A DNA stretch of 64,000 bases from Mantamonas sphyraenae STR306 (GCA_026936335.1 JAPMXV010000052.1:62001-126000); one strand, 5' to 3'. Counted from the first letter of the stretch, positions 32,065 through 45,946 are shown. Made by a program: numbers and translations. The notes: generated from the sequence alone by a model not told the origin.

Positions 32065-34976
32065 ATGCAGCAAAGCGAGACCGCCGATCTGCAGTGTGCC
32101 TTGCTGCACTCATGCTCATCCAACGTCGTGGTGGGCACCACCCCGGCTGCCTCGGCCTGGCATGAGGATGATGCCCCTTCCTACATTGTCACTTCCCAGG
32201 CCGATGGCGTCCTTGTCGTCGATGTGCGTTTTCAGCCCCTGCCGAAATCCGTCGTCCGCCTTCCGCTCCGTTTCCTCCCTCCCCTCCTCTCCTGACCCCT
32301 CCTTTTGTTCCCACGACTGTGCATCTCACACCATCACTCGTTCCACTCCAGGCTCAGCAGCAGCGTTGTGTGCAATCGTGGTCCCTGCCGTCGCGAACCG
32401 CCATCCTCGCTCCTGCCGTCCAACACCCTACCAAGTCCCAGCTGTACTTTGCTCTGACCCAGAGCCAGGATGCTTTGGGCCAGGACGCAGACACAAACGA
32501 CAGCGCATCCAACCCTCGTGCCTCTGCCAGCAAACGTTCCCGCAAGCGACGTGGGTCCGCCGCCGCTGCCACCAAGGCCCAGGCCAATCTGTGCATGTGG
32601 TTGGAAACAGACAGCGACCTCTCACACTGGGTCAACATCAAGGTAAGCGCCACCTCGTCCATGTCCCTTTTCTTTGCACCCGTTGTGCTGACACCCGTAC
32701 CCTCTGTGTGTCTCCAGGTGCCCGACACCGCCTGCGCCGTGCATGTCTCTCCCGACTTGCCTGATTCCCTCGTCGTCTGCCACCGAGACGCCTCCCTTGC
32801 CCTCTACTCCTGCGACATGGACGCATTGGACACATTGGATGTGTCTGCCTCTTCGCCTCTGCTTTCCAGCAGCATTCATCTGCGCAGCGAGTGCATTGGC
32901 CTCCTCGGCGACCACGAGGCCTCCCTGGGTGAACACTCTGTCTTTGTCTTGCTGTACACGGCCACCCACGTGTACTGTGTCGGCGTCCGTGATGGCACCG
33001 GTGCAAACATGGCCCTCGTAAGCAAGTGGCAGCTTCCAGAGCCCTCCAACGACGACGACGACGACGACGACGTCGTCTCCAGCATGGTGGTGGAACCAAA
33101 CTCTGGCTCTTTGGCTGTTGTGTATGGCAACACACGCCTGTCGCTGGGAGTGCTTCCCACGCAGGGAGGCAAGGCGTCGCTGAAGCACCATCACGACATC
33201 ACGGGTCTCATGAGCGCTCGCAATGTCAGTGCCTCGGTGGTGGCTCTGGCCAATGGGTATGTGGGCCTGTGTACCAACGCAGGCATCAGTCAGGACCACC
33301 TCGCCGATGTCCATGTGTTTGAGTGCAGTTTTGGCACGCTGCAACACAGCAGCCCGCTGCTGCTGGACATGGGTGGCATGACTCCGAAAAAGTCTGCCGC
33401 CGCTCCTGTCGCCTCCATGGCTTGGAACGTCACAGGACCCAGTGGAGAGGACAGTCCTATGCTGTTGATCTCCCTTGGCGCACACGCGTTTGCCTGTTCC
33501 GCATATTGCCCCGACGTCACCCTCGCCACCGCCGTGGGCGGCATGAAGGCAGCCAAGAAGCTGTTTGCCTCCGCCAACAACCAACACGTGTCGCCAGCCA
33601 TGTCTGCCTCGGGCAACGCCACACGTGCCATCGCCGACGTCCTGTACAGATCCCCCCCCACCGACAATGACATGTCCAAGAGTTCATCCACCTCCTCCCT
33701 CGCCTCCACGGGCAGCAGCACATCCAACACCAGCCAGAGCAGCGGCAGCAGCAGCAGTAGCAGCAGCAGCAGCAGCGGTGCTCGTGGTGGCGGTGGTGGA
33801 CGCAACACTCCCCTCGGCGTGGGCTCGCCCAAAGCTGCAGCCGCCGCCGGGATCTCCTCCAAGGCCCTTGAACCTGTGCTGGTGGGCACTCAGCAGCGCG
33901 ATGCCATCTTTGACGGCGTTTTGGGCAAACAGGACGCGCGGGAAAGCGAGGTACTGAATAGTTTGGGCAGCGCCGAGGCAACCCCGGATGCGGACTCCTT
34001 TGTCTCCCTGTTTGAAGAGTACATTGAAGAGTTGCGCGAGGCAGAGGCGGCAGCATTGGACGACGACGGCGCAGGAGGCGGAATGACAAAGTCGTCGTCG
34101 TCATCATCGCTGGCCAGTCTGACCGGGAACGAGAGCGGTGCCCGGTTGCGTAAACTCAGGCAGCGCAAGCAGGCGCGCGCCAGACTGCACCTGTCACACC
34201 AGTTTGTGGCTGTGTGCATGCAGCGCATCCTCAGCGAAGTGGGCTCCTTGGACCTGTGGTCCTGTGTGGGCGTCCTCCTCGACACCGACCTCGTCTCTGC
34301 CCAAGCCTTCCCCGAGCTTGTGCCTGCCCTGCTGGAACACCACCAGCTTGCCCTGCTGGAGAAGGCTCTGGTGCACGTGCACGACATGCCCGAAACCGAC
34401 CTTGTGGCCATCATCCGCCATGCCCTCGACGCAGACAACCGCGTACACATCGACGAGTACGTGGGTGAGGCTGGCCAGAATGATACCTCCACCTCCTCCT
34501 CCACCTCCACGGCAGGCGTTGGCGTGCGTCTCAACGACAACGATTCGGCTGTGGAGACGCTGCTCTACAACGTGGTTGCCGCGCCACGCAACGACCTGTT
34601 TTTGGGCTTTGCTGTACAGAACCTGACCTTGCGAGAGGTTGTCGCCATGCTGCTCTTCCTGCGCAAGTGGTTCAAACGACACATGAACCACCTGGACCGT
34701 GAGCTGCGTCGTGGCCAGCGCGTGCGCATCCCGACGTTTGCTCAGGTTGTGGATTGGAGCATTGTGCTTGTCGACGCCCATTTTGCCAGCCTGGCCATGC
34801 TGCCCAGCTGTCATTCGCTCCTGCGTGACATCCAGAGTCTGTGCAAGCAGCAACTGGACTTGTGCGACCACCTCGACGAGTTCCAAGGCTTCCTGACCCA
34901 GTTCCAGCAGCGCGTTGAGCTGCCCACAGGCGCTGTTCCTGATTACCGCGTCGAACACGTCAACATCTTTGGATGA
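32065..34976 (+). CDS. NOL11: Nucleolar protein 11 (NOL11/Utp8-like, UtpA complex)
   Basis: N-terminal beta-rich region (QQRCVQSWSLP) and the NOL11-type C-terminus PTFAQVVDWSIVLVDAHF...YRVEHVNIF. Confidence 0.7.
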
Positions 34977-35082
34977 GCAGGATGAACAGCAATGAACACG
35001 GGAAACAAAGAAGGCACATGGTTGATGTCTACACATCCGAGCAGTTGTTGCGCAGCGGCACCCAGCAACCCGAGGAGAGGAG

Positions 35083-38000
35083 ATGTCACAGTCGCTTCGG
35101 CTGTTTGTCAGCGATGCACTGCTGGACATGGTGGGCATGAGCGACCCGGTGGTGGTGGACTATGTGTTGGAACTAGCCAGCAACACACGCGACACATCGG
35201 CACTGATGGCCCAACTGGCACCGTTTGGGGTGCCAGACGACACACGCGGGCGCAGCTTTGTGCAGCAGCTGGCCACCCAGGCTGGCGGCAGTGCCACAGA
35301 GAGCGCCACAGACCGCAAGCTGGCCGCTCGCATGGAAGAGCAGAAGAAAAGAGAGCAGGCGGCGCGTGAGATGCAACACAAGTCGGCCAGCATGGGGCTG
35401 GTGCTCGACGAGGAGGCGGCGGAAGACGCGCCCAAGAAGAAGAAGAAGCGAAGCAAGAAGCGCGCGCGTCCCGACGACGTGCAGGACGACGTGTCCTTTG
35501 CCACACGTGAAACGTCGAGGCAGCGTGTGGACGGGCCCGAGGGTGACGACACAGAGGGTGGCGAAACCGAGGAGGAGCGATACGAGAGGGATCGTCGCGA
35601 GGTGGCCGAGGTGAACGAGCGCATTCGCGCACGGGATGCAGCAAAGACCAAAAAGGTGGGCGCAGGCAGCAGCAACGCAGGCGACGAGGACAGGGCAGCC
35701 CAAAGGCGGGCGCTGGCGGAACAGGAGGATGTGGACTTTGACGAGATCCGCAAGTTGTCGCGGCAGAAGTATCTGCGAGACAGAGAGAAGCTCAAGACGG
35801 AGCTGCTGGAGCAGGAAGTGCGCGAGGAGAAGGCCATGCTTGCCGGGGAGCAGCTGACCGCCAGCGAACGCAGGGAATTGGAGCTGAAGGAGCAGATGCT
35901 GTCGTTGGTCAAGAAGCGAGCGGCAAACGAACCCACCGAGGCACGCTATCAGATGCCCGAGGACTTTGTGGATGACCAGGGCCGCATTGACTTTAAAAAG
36001 AAGTATGGAGGATTGGCTGCTCGGTATGCCCCGGGCACGAGTGGAGGTGCAGCTGCAGGGGGCGGTGGAGGCAATGTGGAGCAACGCGAATGGGAGGAGG
36101 AGCATATCAAGGCGGCGTTGTTGGTGGACAGCGATGCACAGGCTGCGGCGGCGGCACAGAGCGAGTATGAGCTCATCATGGACAACCAGGTGGATTTTAT
36201 CGAACAAGGTTTGTTGGACGGCAGGCTCGACGAACTGCTCAGCGTGGATACCCACGTGCCGACAGAGGAAGAACGCAAGGCGGCACAGCTTATGTCGTTG
36301 GCGGAGACACGCAAGAATCTGCCCATCTTTCCCTTTCGCGAAGAGCTGCTGGAGGCGGTTGAAGCACACCAGGTGTTGATCATCGTTGGAGAGACCGGCA
36401 GCGGAAAGACGACGCAGATTCCTCAGTACTTGGCCGAGGCAGGGTACAAGGACAGGGGTATCATCGGGTGCACGCAGCCCAGGCGTGTGGCAGCAATGAG
36501 TGTGGCCGCACGTGTGGCCGAGGAGATGGGAGTCAAGCTGGGGGCCGAGGTCGGCTACAGCATTCGGTTTGAGGACTGCACGTCCGACTCCACCGTGCTC
36601 AAGTACATGACAGACGGCATGCTCCTGCGTGAATTTCTGTCGGAGCCCGATTTGGCAGCGTACTCGGTGATGATGATCGACGAAGCGCACGAACGTACCC
36701 TGCACACAGACATCCTGTTTGGTCTGATCAAAGACATTGCTCGGTTCCGACCGGACATCAAAATCCTGATTTCCAGCGCCACACTGGATGCGCAAAAGTT
36801 CAGCGAGTATTTCGACGGCGCTCCCATTTTCAAGATCCCCGGACGACGCTACCCGGTGACGGTGTACTACACGGCGGCGCCCGAGGCTGACTATCTTCAC
36901 GGCTGTGTGATGACAATTCTTCAGATCCATCTTTCGCAGCCCAAGGGCGATATCCTGGTGTTCCTCACAGGTCAGGAGGAAATTGAAACAGCGGTGGAGA
37001 TTCTGAACGAACGGACGCGAGGCCTGGGCAGCAAGATGCGTGAGCTGATTGTGCTGCCCATTTACAGTACGTTGCCGAGTGAGGAGCAAGCCAAAATCTT
37101 TGAGCCGACGCCTGAGGGGGCACGGAAGGTGGTGCTGGCAACGAACATTGCAGAGACGTCGTTGACCATCAACGGCATCGTATATGTGATTGACCCGGGC
37201 TTCTGCAAACAAAAGAGCTACAATCCACGCACGGGCATGGAGTCGCTCATTGTGACGCCTGTGTCTCGTGCGGCAGCGGATCAGCGCAGCGGACGAGCGG
37301 GCCGCGTGTCGCCGGGCAAGTGTTTCCGTCTGTACACAGCGTGGTCCTACCACAACGAGTTGCAAGAGAACACCATTCCCGAAATCCAGCGCACCAATCT
37401 GGGCAACGTTGTCTTGTTGCTCAAGTCGCTGGGCATCAACGACCTCATGGGCTTTGACTTTATGGACGCCCCACCGCCCGAGACAATGATGCGTGCGTTG
37501 GAACAGCTGTATGCACTGGGGGCACTGAATGACAGGGGCGAGCTGACACGCGTGGGACGACGGATGGCCGAGTTTCCACTGGATCCGATGCTGTCCAAAA
37601 CACTGCTCGCGGCGGAGGAATACGGATGCACAGAAGACATCATGAGCGTGTGTGCTATGCTGTCTGTGAACAATGCCATCTTTTACCGTCCCAAAGACAA
37701 AAGATCCACGCAGATACGGCACACAAGAACTTTTATCGGCCGGAAGGCGACCATCTGACGCTGCTCAACGTGTACAACCAGTGGGAAGAGACAGACTTTA
37801 GCATGCAGTTCTGCTACGAAAACTTTATCCAGTATCGCAGCATGACGCGTGCACGGGACGTTCGAGACCAGCTGTTGAACCTGTGCGAGCGCGTGGAGCT
37901 GGAGTTGACGACGAGCGAAGATCCCACGCCGATCCTCAAGGCGGTGGCCGCAGGCTTCTTCTACAACACAGCCAAACTGCAACGCTCAGGCAACTACAAG

Positions 38001-38252
38001 AACGTCAAGAACAACCAGACGGTGCATGTGCACCCGCAATCGTGTCTTTTCGAACACCAGCCGGCGTGGGTGATCTACTTTGAGCTTGTGTTTACGAAGA
38101 AGGAGTTTATGCGCAACGTGATTGAGATCAAACCCGAGTGGCTACTCGAGGTGGCACCACACTATTATCGTGCAAGCGACATCAGCAGCGACGGCCAAGT
38201 GGGCGGGAAGAAAGTACGGGGAAAGGGGAAAAAGGCCGGCGCAGGGCGATGA
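35083..38252 (+). CDS. DHX16: Pre-mRNA splicing DEAH helicase DHX16/Prp2 (apparent 1-nt deletion ~37700)
   Basis: [25 protein letters not shown]; the C-terminus continues in a shifted frame ([11 protein letters not shown]...[11 protein letters not shown]). Confidence 0.93.
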
Positions 38253-38399
38253 GGAACAGGAGAGAGGAGTGGGCCAAACAGAAATGGAAGGATTGAAGAG
38301 CGGCTGCGCGATGATGCGATGATTGGCAGTGGATGTGGAGTGTTGGAGACAGGTGCGCGGCCGCGCTTGCCGATGCAAACGAACCCTCACGCTTCACCG

Positions 38400-40638
38400 A
38401 TGTCTGTGGCAGAGAGACCGTTCCCACGGGTGCGCATCAAGCAGTTCCCGAAAACGCAGATCCGAGACACACCGGAAAATCGGTTCTGGAAGAGCTTCAA
38501 ACGGCCTGTGTCGACACAGCTGGTGGGCGGGATCACCAACGTGACGTTCAGTCCCGTGTCGACGGCACAGTACGCAGTGACGGTGGGCACTCGCATCCAG
38601 TTCTTCAGTGGACAGAACAAGACGAGTGCGGACAAGACAATCACGCGGTTCAAGGACGTGGCGTACGGTGGGGATTTCCGCAGCGACGGCAAGCTGTTTG
38701 TGGCCGGCGGAAAGCAGAAGCAAGTGCAAGTGTTTGACATGAAGTCGCGTCTGGTGCTGCGCAAGATGAACGGACATGAAGAGTAGGTTGTGGTGGGTGT
38801 GGCAATGGGCAGGGCAGCGAAGGAGCCGGAGTGCAGGAGAAAATCTGTGGCGCATGCGCGGCTGACACAAAGGACTGGACGGACTTTTGCTATGTACGCC
38901 ATGTGCGTGGATGACGGCGTGTGCGCGCGGCCTTGCTTGCTTACTTGGGTGGTCTCGTGTGCTTCTCTCTGTCGTTTTGTGTGTGTGTGTGTGTGTGTGC
39001 AGCTCGGTGCGAGTGACCAAGTGGTCTCCGTCCAAGCTGCACATCATGTCGGCAGGCGACGACGGGTCGCTTCGAGGCTGGGACCTGAGCACGGGCCAGC
39101 AGGTGTTTGCCGTGGGTGCACACACAGACTACATCCGCACGGGTTGGATCGACCCGAGCTCGCCCAACGTGTGGATCACGGCATCGTACGATCACACAAT
39201 CAAGCTGTGGGACGTGCGCATGGACAACGGGAGCGGAGCCAGCGTGATGGAATTCGACCACGGGGAGCCTGTGGAGGATGTGTTTGCCTTCCCCGGCGGC
39301 TCAATGTGTGTGTCTGCAGGAGGACTGAACGTGAGCATGTGGGATGTGTTGTCTGGACGGCTGATGCACACGGCGAGTGCCCATCAAAAGACGGTGACGA
39401 GTGTGTGCCTGGACGGATCGCACACACGGCTGGTGAGTGCGTCGCTGGACCGCATGGTCAAGGTGATGGATGTGCAAACACACAAGGTGACGCACAGCTT
39501 CACGTTTGACGCACCGATCACCACGATGGCGTTGTCGCCGGACAACCAGCTCCTGGTGGTGGGTACCGCCTCGGGCATGCTGTCTGTGCGTGAACGCAGT
39601 TCGGGCATCAAGGAACAGGTGCACACCAAGGCCAGCCGGCGGCCAATCTATGCCGGTTCCTACCGTTACTTTATTCGTGGACAGAGCTCCAAGGCCACCG
39701 AGGAGGACTTCCGAGTGCAGGTGGCGCGCAAGGCCAAGCTCAAGACGTACGACCGCTACCTGAAGCGATTCCAGTATGCGCAGGCGTTGGATGCGGCACT
39801 CAAGACCAACCGTTCGGTGATTATTGTGAGTGTGCTGGAGGAGCTGCGTCGCAGGGAGGGCCTGGAGATTGCGCTGAGCGGACGCGACGAAGTGAGCCTG
39901 GAGCCCTTTGTGGTGTTTGTGCTCAAGCACATCAGCAACCCGCGGTATTCGTCACTGCTCATCGACATCAGCAACATGTTGCTGGACATGTACGCACGCG
40001 TGCTGGGCCAATCCATGGTGATTGACGAGCTGTTCACAAAGGTGCAGATCAAGCTCAAGCAGGAGATTGCACTGCAGAAGGAGCTGCAACAGCTCAACGG
40101 TATGCTGGAGCTGCTCATGGCCAGTGCTGCCAACGGGGCTTCCAAGACCTCGGCCAGCCAGCCAATGGAGGTGGAGCAAGAGGCGTTGGCTGAGCTGGAA
40201 GAGCAGGAGGCGCGTGCATCGGAGCAGGAACGACGTGGACGTGTGGCAACGCTGGATGAAGATGAGGATGAGGATGAGGATGAGGATGAGGTGGACGGGC
40301 AGGAGGAGGAGGAGGAGAACATGGTCACCGAGAGTGAAGGGGTCCTGGTCACCGAAGAAGAGGCACACGACATGGCTGGCAGCAGGAGTGGCAAGGGAAC
40401 AAAGACACCCAAGAAAACACCCAAGACACCCAAGACACCCAAGGGCAGCGCGGACACGACCACCTCCTCCAGTGGCAAGTCGACAAGCAAGAAGGGCAAG
40501 TCCGGCAAAAAGGCAGGCGGGAGCAGCAAGAAGAAGAAGGAAAGTGAGAACAAGTCTGCACGCAAAAGGAGTGGAAGTGGGGCTGGGAGCAGCAAGAAGA
40601 AGCGTGGGGACAAGAGGAAGCGCGGGGACAGCCAGTGA
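38400..40638 (+). CDS. UTP15: U3 snoRNP WD40 protein UTP15 (2 exons)
   Basis: TPENRFWKSFK, FKDVAYGGDFRSDGKL, HTDYIR, SYDHTIKLWDVR, YDRYLKRFQY...ALSGRDE. Confidence 0.93.
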
Positions 40639-40643
40639 AACTC

Positions 40644-41513
40644 ATGTTTCGTTCGCAATCATGGACATGCGGCACATTGGTTGGTGCAAGCGTAGGGCAA
40701 CAAGTGGGAGGCGTGTGGAAACGGGCCTTGCATGTGAGTAGAGAGGCAGAGGCGGGCCATTCCAAGTGGGCGAACATCCGGCACCGCAAGGCGGCAGAGG
40801 ACAAGAAGAAATCAAAGATTTTCACGAAACTGGGCATGGAGCTGCGTGTGGCAGCTCGCATCGACCCTGATCCGACGTCGCCGCGGTTGAGTGGAGCGAT
40901 TGCGCGTGCCAAGCAGGCCAACATGCCAAAGAAGAGCATCGAGTCCGCCATTGCGTCCGTTGGGGGAAAAGACGGCACAACGGTGGAGGAAATCACGTAC
41001 GAGGGCAATCTGGGGGCAGTGTCGTTTGTGGTGGAGGCAGTGACGGATTCAAGAAACAGGACGGCGTCGAACGTGCGGCACCTGTTCCGAAAGCACGGCG
41101 GGGCGTTGGGGGCCAGCAACAGCGTGATGTGGAACTACGACAAGGTGGGATACATGCACGTGGACATGAGTGGCCACATGGAGGCCCAGGACAGGGATGA
41201 GGTGCTTCTGTCGCTGATGGAGGTCGTGTTGGAAAGCGGTGGCAGCGAGGTGGAGGAAGACGAGGAGGAGGAGCACATGGCACACGTCACAACCCCCTCC
41301 GAGTTGCTGGACACTGTGTTGCAAGGGCTGGAAAGGCAAGCATACGCGGTGACCAGCTCACAGGTGGCATACGTGGCCAAAACGCACGCGGAAGTGAGCG
41401 GTGAAGAGTTTGAACGGGTGCAGGCGCTGGAACAGGCGCTGGACGACGACGATGATGTGATGCAGGTGACACACAATGGGATTGTGGCGGATGGATCGGA
41501 GGAGGAGATGTGA
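40644..41513 (+). CDS. TACO1: YebC/TACO1 family protein with organellar presequence
   Basis: AGHSKWANIRHRKAAED...AKQANMPK...ITYEG...TDSRNRT. Confidence 0.9.
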   Translation: MFRSQSWTCGTLVGASVGQQVGGVWKRALHVSREAEAGHSKWANIRHRKAAEDKKKSKIFTKLGMELRVAARIDPDPTSPRLSGAIARAKQANMPKKSIESAIASVGGKDGTTVEEITYEGNLGAVSFVVEAVTDSRNRTASNVRHLFRKHGGALGASNSVMWNYDKVGYMHVDMSGHMEAQDRDEVLLSLMEVVLESGGSEVEEDEEEEHMAHVTTPSELLDTVLQGLERQAYAVTSSQVAYVAKTHAEVSGEEFERVQALEQALDDDDDVMQVTHNGIVADGSEEEM

Positions 41514-41599
41514 GATGTGATGTGTGAGGGCACATGCGCGACGTGGCAGCCACCGAAAACCAAAAACAAAGTTCACATCCTGCCTTTGAGCAACAACGC

Positions 41600-43211
41600 A
41601 TGAGCAGGAAACAAGGAGGAGGACGGAAACGAAAGGGTGGCAACCACTCGAATGTGCACAAGTCGCCATCGCAGCAGCAGTTGGCAGAGATTGAAGGGGA
41701 TGAGGAGATGCTGGAGGTGATGGACGACCTTGCGGTGCGGTTCGTGCTGAACTGCCCCGAAGAGGAGTACGAGAGTCTGATCCGAATGTGCTTTCAGTGT
41801 GAAATCGCCCACTGGTTCTACGTGGACAATTACCGGGAAATGAACCCGGAGCTGCCGAATCTGTCGCAGAAAGTGTTCACCCGCGCGCTTTTCGCCCACT
41901 GCGAGATGCTCCAGCCGCACCTGGAGGAGTTTGACGAGGTGTATGCGGACTTTATGACTTACAAGATTCGTGTGCCCGTGTGTGGGTGCATCCTGCTCAA
42001 TCCAGCCATGACGAAAACGGTAAGACGGACGGTGTTTGCCAATGCGTGGGGCCGAAAATGAGGCCATTTGTGGCAGCGGACACCAGAGGAGGCCGTGGCG
42101 CTCAAAGGGACGGGCCAACTGACACATGCACACGTGGAATGGGATCGCCTTGTGTCCGTGACCTACATTGGCACGCACGGACACGTCTGTGTGATCTGCA
42201 ACGGCTGTGGTTTTTTTGCGCACAGGTGTTGGTGCGTGGCTGGGCGCAGCGCAGCAGCTACACGTTCCCGCGCGGTAAAATCAACAAGGACGAGCGGGAG
42301 CTGGACTGTGCAGCACGCGAGGTGAGTGAGAGCAAGGATTGGACGTGTGCCATGCAGAGTGAGACAGGGTGGGGACGCGGGGGGTTGCAGGGGAGGCGCT
42401 GACGTGTATTTGGCTCGTGGAACACGCACATCCACATCCAAATTGTGCCACACACAGACGTTTGAGGAGATTGGCGTGGACGTGAGCGAGGCGCTGACGG
42501 AAGAGGACTATCTGGAAGTGTTGATCAAGGGCCAGCGTGTCCGATTGTACATTGTGCCTGACGTGGACGAGAACACGGACTTTGTGACGCACACCAAGAA
42601 GGAGATTGCAATCATCGAATGGCGCAAGATCTCGTCACTGCGGTCGAACCGGCAGGTGGGACGGGACGGCAAGAAGCAACACTTTCTGGCAGTGATCCCG
42701 TTCATGGATCCACTGAAGGCGTGGATCAAGAAGCGACGCCGGGAGAGGAAACGCAACAAGAAGAATGGCAACAACGGCAGCAAGCAGCAGACGGAGGCGG
42801 AGGAGGAGGTGGAAGAGGACGAAGACGACGACGAATACGTGGACGAAGTGAGTGTGGACGAGGAGGCGGTGGTTCTGGAAAAGGGGTTCAATGTGAACGC
42901 TCTGGAGGAGCAGATGTTTGCCGCACGAGCGCAGGCGCAGTCGGTGTCCAGTGTGGAGCAATTGTTGGCCATGCAGCAGGCCCATCAGGTGCAAATGCAT
43001 GGCGCGCAGATGGCAGCCATGCGAGCCGCACAACAGCAACAGGCTCAGCAACAGGCACAGCAACAGGCTATGATGCAGGCGCAGGCGGTGCAACAGGCGC
43101 AGCAGTCGCGAGAGGCATTGATGGCGCTGATGATGGGAGGAGGGATTCCCAGCAGCAATGCGGGTGCGGGCGGAGCAATGCCTGTCCAGATGCAGAGTGT
43201 GGCGCAGTTGG

Positions 43212-43260
<49 letters not shown>

Positions 43261-43360
43261 TATGCAGGCACAAAACTCGCAGGCACAGAATGGAGAGGCC
43301 CAACTGGCAGCCCAGCGTGCTCTGTTGTCGATGATGATGAACGCACGACCGCAGCAATGA
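41600..43360 (+). CDS. DCP2: mRNA decapping enzyme DCP2 (3 exons) with a Q-rich tail
   Basis: Box A DDLAVRFVLNCPEEE...EIAHWFYVD; YKIRVPVCGCILLN; Nudix motif FPRGKINKDERELDCAARE|TFEEIG. Confidence 0.92.
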
Positions 43361-43388
43361 AGTCCAAAAAGTCCATTCCTTGCATGGA

Positions 43389-45888
43389 TCAAGACAGCGC
43401 CACCCACAAATCCAGCAGCTTCTTGTCGACCTTTGGACAGCCATCGACCTGGAGACGGGATAGGGACGGGCAGGCGAGCAGTTTGGCCATGCCGTGTGTG
43501 GTGACAGAGGAGGAACGCACGCGAAGGACAGAGAGATTGGGCAACCGGGTCAGCTTGGCAATGCCCTTGTCTGTGATGAGGTCAGTTTCGACAAAGTATC
43601 CCTGGACCTCTTCTAGGACGGCGCCGCGGATGGCAAGCTGTTCCAGGGAGGAGAGTTTGGCCAGTTTGGCAAGCCCTCGGTCGCCCACCTGGGTGGAATC
43701 GAGCTCGAGATCACGAAGGGGCAGATTGGCAGACAGGAGATGGCCAATGCCTAGGTCTGTGACAGCGGTGATGCTGAGGGAGAGGTGTTCGAGGGAGGAG
43801 AGATGTTCGAGTGCAGCCAGGACGGCGTCATCCACGGCGGGCACGGAGCTCAGATTGAGGGTGGTGAGGGAGGTGAAATGAGGCAACCACCGAAGCAAGA
43901 AGCATGGCTGATACTGCAATGGGTCAGGTCCAGGGAGCGCAGGCGTTCGAGTTGGGCGAGAATGGGAAGGGCAATCTCGTCGTCGTTGCGCAAGCAATGG
44001 CGCAGGGAGAGCGAACGCAGCAGTGGACACTTGTCGACCAGTCGTTGCAGGGCCTCTGCGTCCAAATCGGGTTCTTCGCACAGACTGAGGTCCAGGTGAC
44101 GCAGATGGGGCACGGCAGCGCCCAAGGTTTGGATGGCCTGAGCATCCATTTCGATGGCCAAATCCAGACGTGTGAGTGCACTCTTGTTGCGCAAGGCCTG
44201 GCGCAGACCAAAGCTGGTCACGCGTGGACAGGCCAGCGTCAGAGTGTGCAAGCTGACCAGTTTGTCCAGGTACTGCATGCCCTCGTCGTCGATGCGACAG
44301 TCATCCTCGTCGTGGACTCCCATGGCAAACGAGGAGGACACGGACGCACCGGCCGAGGCAGAAGAGGCCAACGAGGACGATGAAGACGACACACCTCCAG
44401 AGCCACCGGGAGAGGTGGTCAATCCAGAGGCGCTTGAGGAGAGGATGCCCGACAGTGATGACAAGGACGAGGATGATGAGGAGGAAGTCAGTGCCGTGGA
44501 TGAGGAGGTTGAAGATGAGGATGAGGATGAGGATGAGGATGAGGATGAGGAGGATGAGGAGGAGTGAGGGTCAATGCCAATGTGCAGGGTGTGCAGCTTG
44601 GCGAAGCATTGGAGGTAGGCCAAGCCGACGTTGCCCAATCGTGGGTTGCCACGGAGGTCAAGGACCTCGAGATGCTCCAGGGATTGGAGTTGATACATGC
44701 ACTGGTTGCTTGCGTCACACATACGCAGGTCGAGGTGGGTCAGAAGCTTGGCATTGGCAAGCACCTGCATGTCGCTGTCCTTCCACTGGCTCAGACCCAC
44801 CATGCTCAGCGATTCCAGCGCTGGTAGACGCGTGCAAGCATCCAAAACACTCAAGTGTGCATCCACGGCATGGTCCAGGCGAAGCCGTTGCAACGAGGTC
44901 AGATACGGGGCATAATCAGCCATGTCGGCACACAGTGGAGCGCGCGACAGGTCCAGCTCCTCCAGAGTGGTACTGAAGTGCTTGGCAAGCACTTTGAGCA
45001 TGCGAAGGTTGCTCTTGCTCGTGCTGCGGTCCAACGTGAAGCCTTGCAAGTCTGCGCCTGCGAAGCGGCTGAGCCGCGACGAAGTCATCATCGAGCGGCG
45101 GTTCATCAGCGAGAACATCCACTCCAGGAGATGCTGGGGCAAACTGGACAGTTGATCGCTGTCCAGATCGTCGATGTGTTCCAGACAGGATTGCACAGCC
45201 AAGGAGCGGAGGGGGAGGATCTGACCACCCACACGAAGCACCACCTTTGATGGTGATGAGGATGATGAGGATGAGGATGTGGATGAGGAGTTGCTGCTTG
45301 AGCTGCTGGTGGTCGACGGGGACGTTGATGTGCTGTGGCGTGCTGTCCACATCTGCAGCAACAGGTCCTGCAGCTGGGTGTGTTTGGAAGCAGGAATGAC
45401 GCTGCTGAACTGCAGCTTGATGCGTTTGTACAGGATGTCCAGGTCGCAGTTGTGTTTGGTCAATTGATCCACGTAGATCTGTGTGTGTGTGCATGTGTGT
45501 GTGTGTGAGAGTGTGAGTGTGCGTCGACGCCACTGCATCGTGAGCGGGAGCTTGGCAAGGCATGCCGGAGCGCAGAGGGGGAAAATGAAGCACGTACGCG
45601 CTGTACATTGGAACCTGTGACACGAGAGGACAGCACACGTCCATTGGCATCCACCACACTCTCCTGGCGTTCGTAGGGCACGAGGATGAGAGGTCGCTGC
45701 GAGTGGAGGTCTGTCTGGAGGTTGCCCACTCGCACCGTGCGACGGATGCGCGTCCCTTCGCGTCCCTGCGCAGACGACAGACTGTCGCTGCTACGACTTT
45801 TCACAATGGGAGTGTCATCAGAGTCATCCTGGCCATTCCCATGGGTCTCCGACTGCACTCGCCGCCTACGCGTGTGTTTACGGCTCAT
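43389..45888 (-). CDS. Leucine-rich repeat (RNI/FBXL14-like) protein; one intron, apparent frameshift ~43900
   Basis: Many LxxLxL repeats (LTHLDLRMC, LEVLDLRGN, LRDLELDST) across ORFs 43850-45538 and 43389-44081. Confidence 0.75.
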
Positions 45889-45946
45889 TTGCAGGAGATT
45901 GATTGGCTGGGGTGTCGTGTTGTTGTCAGCGCCGACCTCACTGGAC

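Noticed and set aside
35173-37722. 849-aa minus-strand ORF
   Set aside because: Antisense shadow of DHX16, expected in GC-rich coding DNA.
43213-43258. CAG and other trinucleotide runs (also ~1285-1350, 44510-44560, 49250-49310)
   Set aside because: Ordinary poly-Q/poly-S low-complexity coding tracts that recur throughout the window.
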